64,000 nucleotides of DNA from Lingula anatina (Eukaryota > Animalia > Brachiopoda): assembly GCA_051362555.1 (NCBI GenBank), contig CM120640.1, positions 25,716,225 through 25,780,224 of the forward strand, given 5' to 3'. Both the position numbers and the translations under genes were made by a program. Below the pieces are notes generated by a model. That model saw only the letters and a program-made list of their open reading frames with translations. It did no database searches and had not been told where the DNA came from. Below, in pieces: positions 63,995 through 64,000 of this stretch. Position 1 is the first letter of the stretch, and every line of letters begins with the position of its first letter.

Positions 63995-64000
63995 AAAAAT

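Overview
AT-rich, intron-containing animal genomic DNA. Repeat families and gene content suggest a marine invertebrate, probably a lophotrochozoan; this is an inference. Genes reconstructed by reading GT-AG splice sites and checking phase: a 3-exon secreted Spaetzle-like cystine-knot protein (-), a single-exon 482-aa protein with a C-terminal GIY-YIG-like nuclease motif set (-), the last five exons only of a MOV10-like RNA helicase (-), a 9-exon DyP-type peroxidase with a mitochondrial-type presequence (-) head-to-head with mitochondrial GrpE (+), a 6-exon spermine/polyamine oxidase (+) and a 2-exon calcineurin-like metallophosphoesterase (+). Mobile DNA: a decayed LINE, a young non-autonomous Gypsy LTR element (near-identical LTRs, 4-bp TSD, tRNA-Ala PBS), a CACTA/EnSpm-type non-autonomous element, several MITEs and Helentron/HINE-like satellite-carrying repeats. 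The most unusual structure lies at about 21.9-28.1 kb (-). A TATA/Inr promoter precedes a predicted multi-exon, apparently non-coding transcript built from three ~9-10-copy repeat arrays. One array is a tandem 52-nt exon + 80-nt intron unit, and its motif is complementary to a second array with the same 52-nt period.
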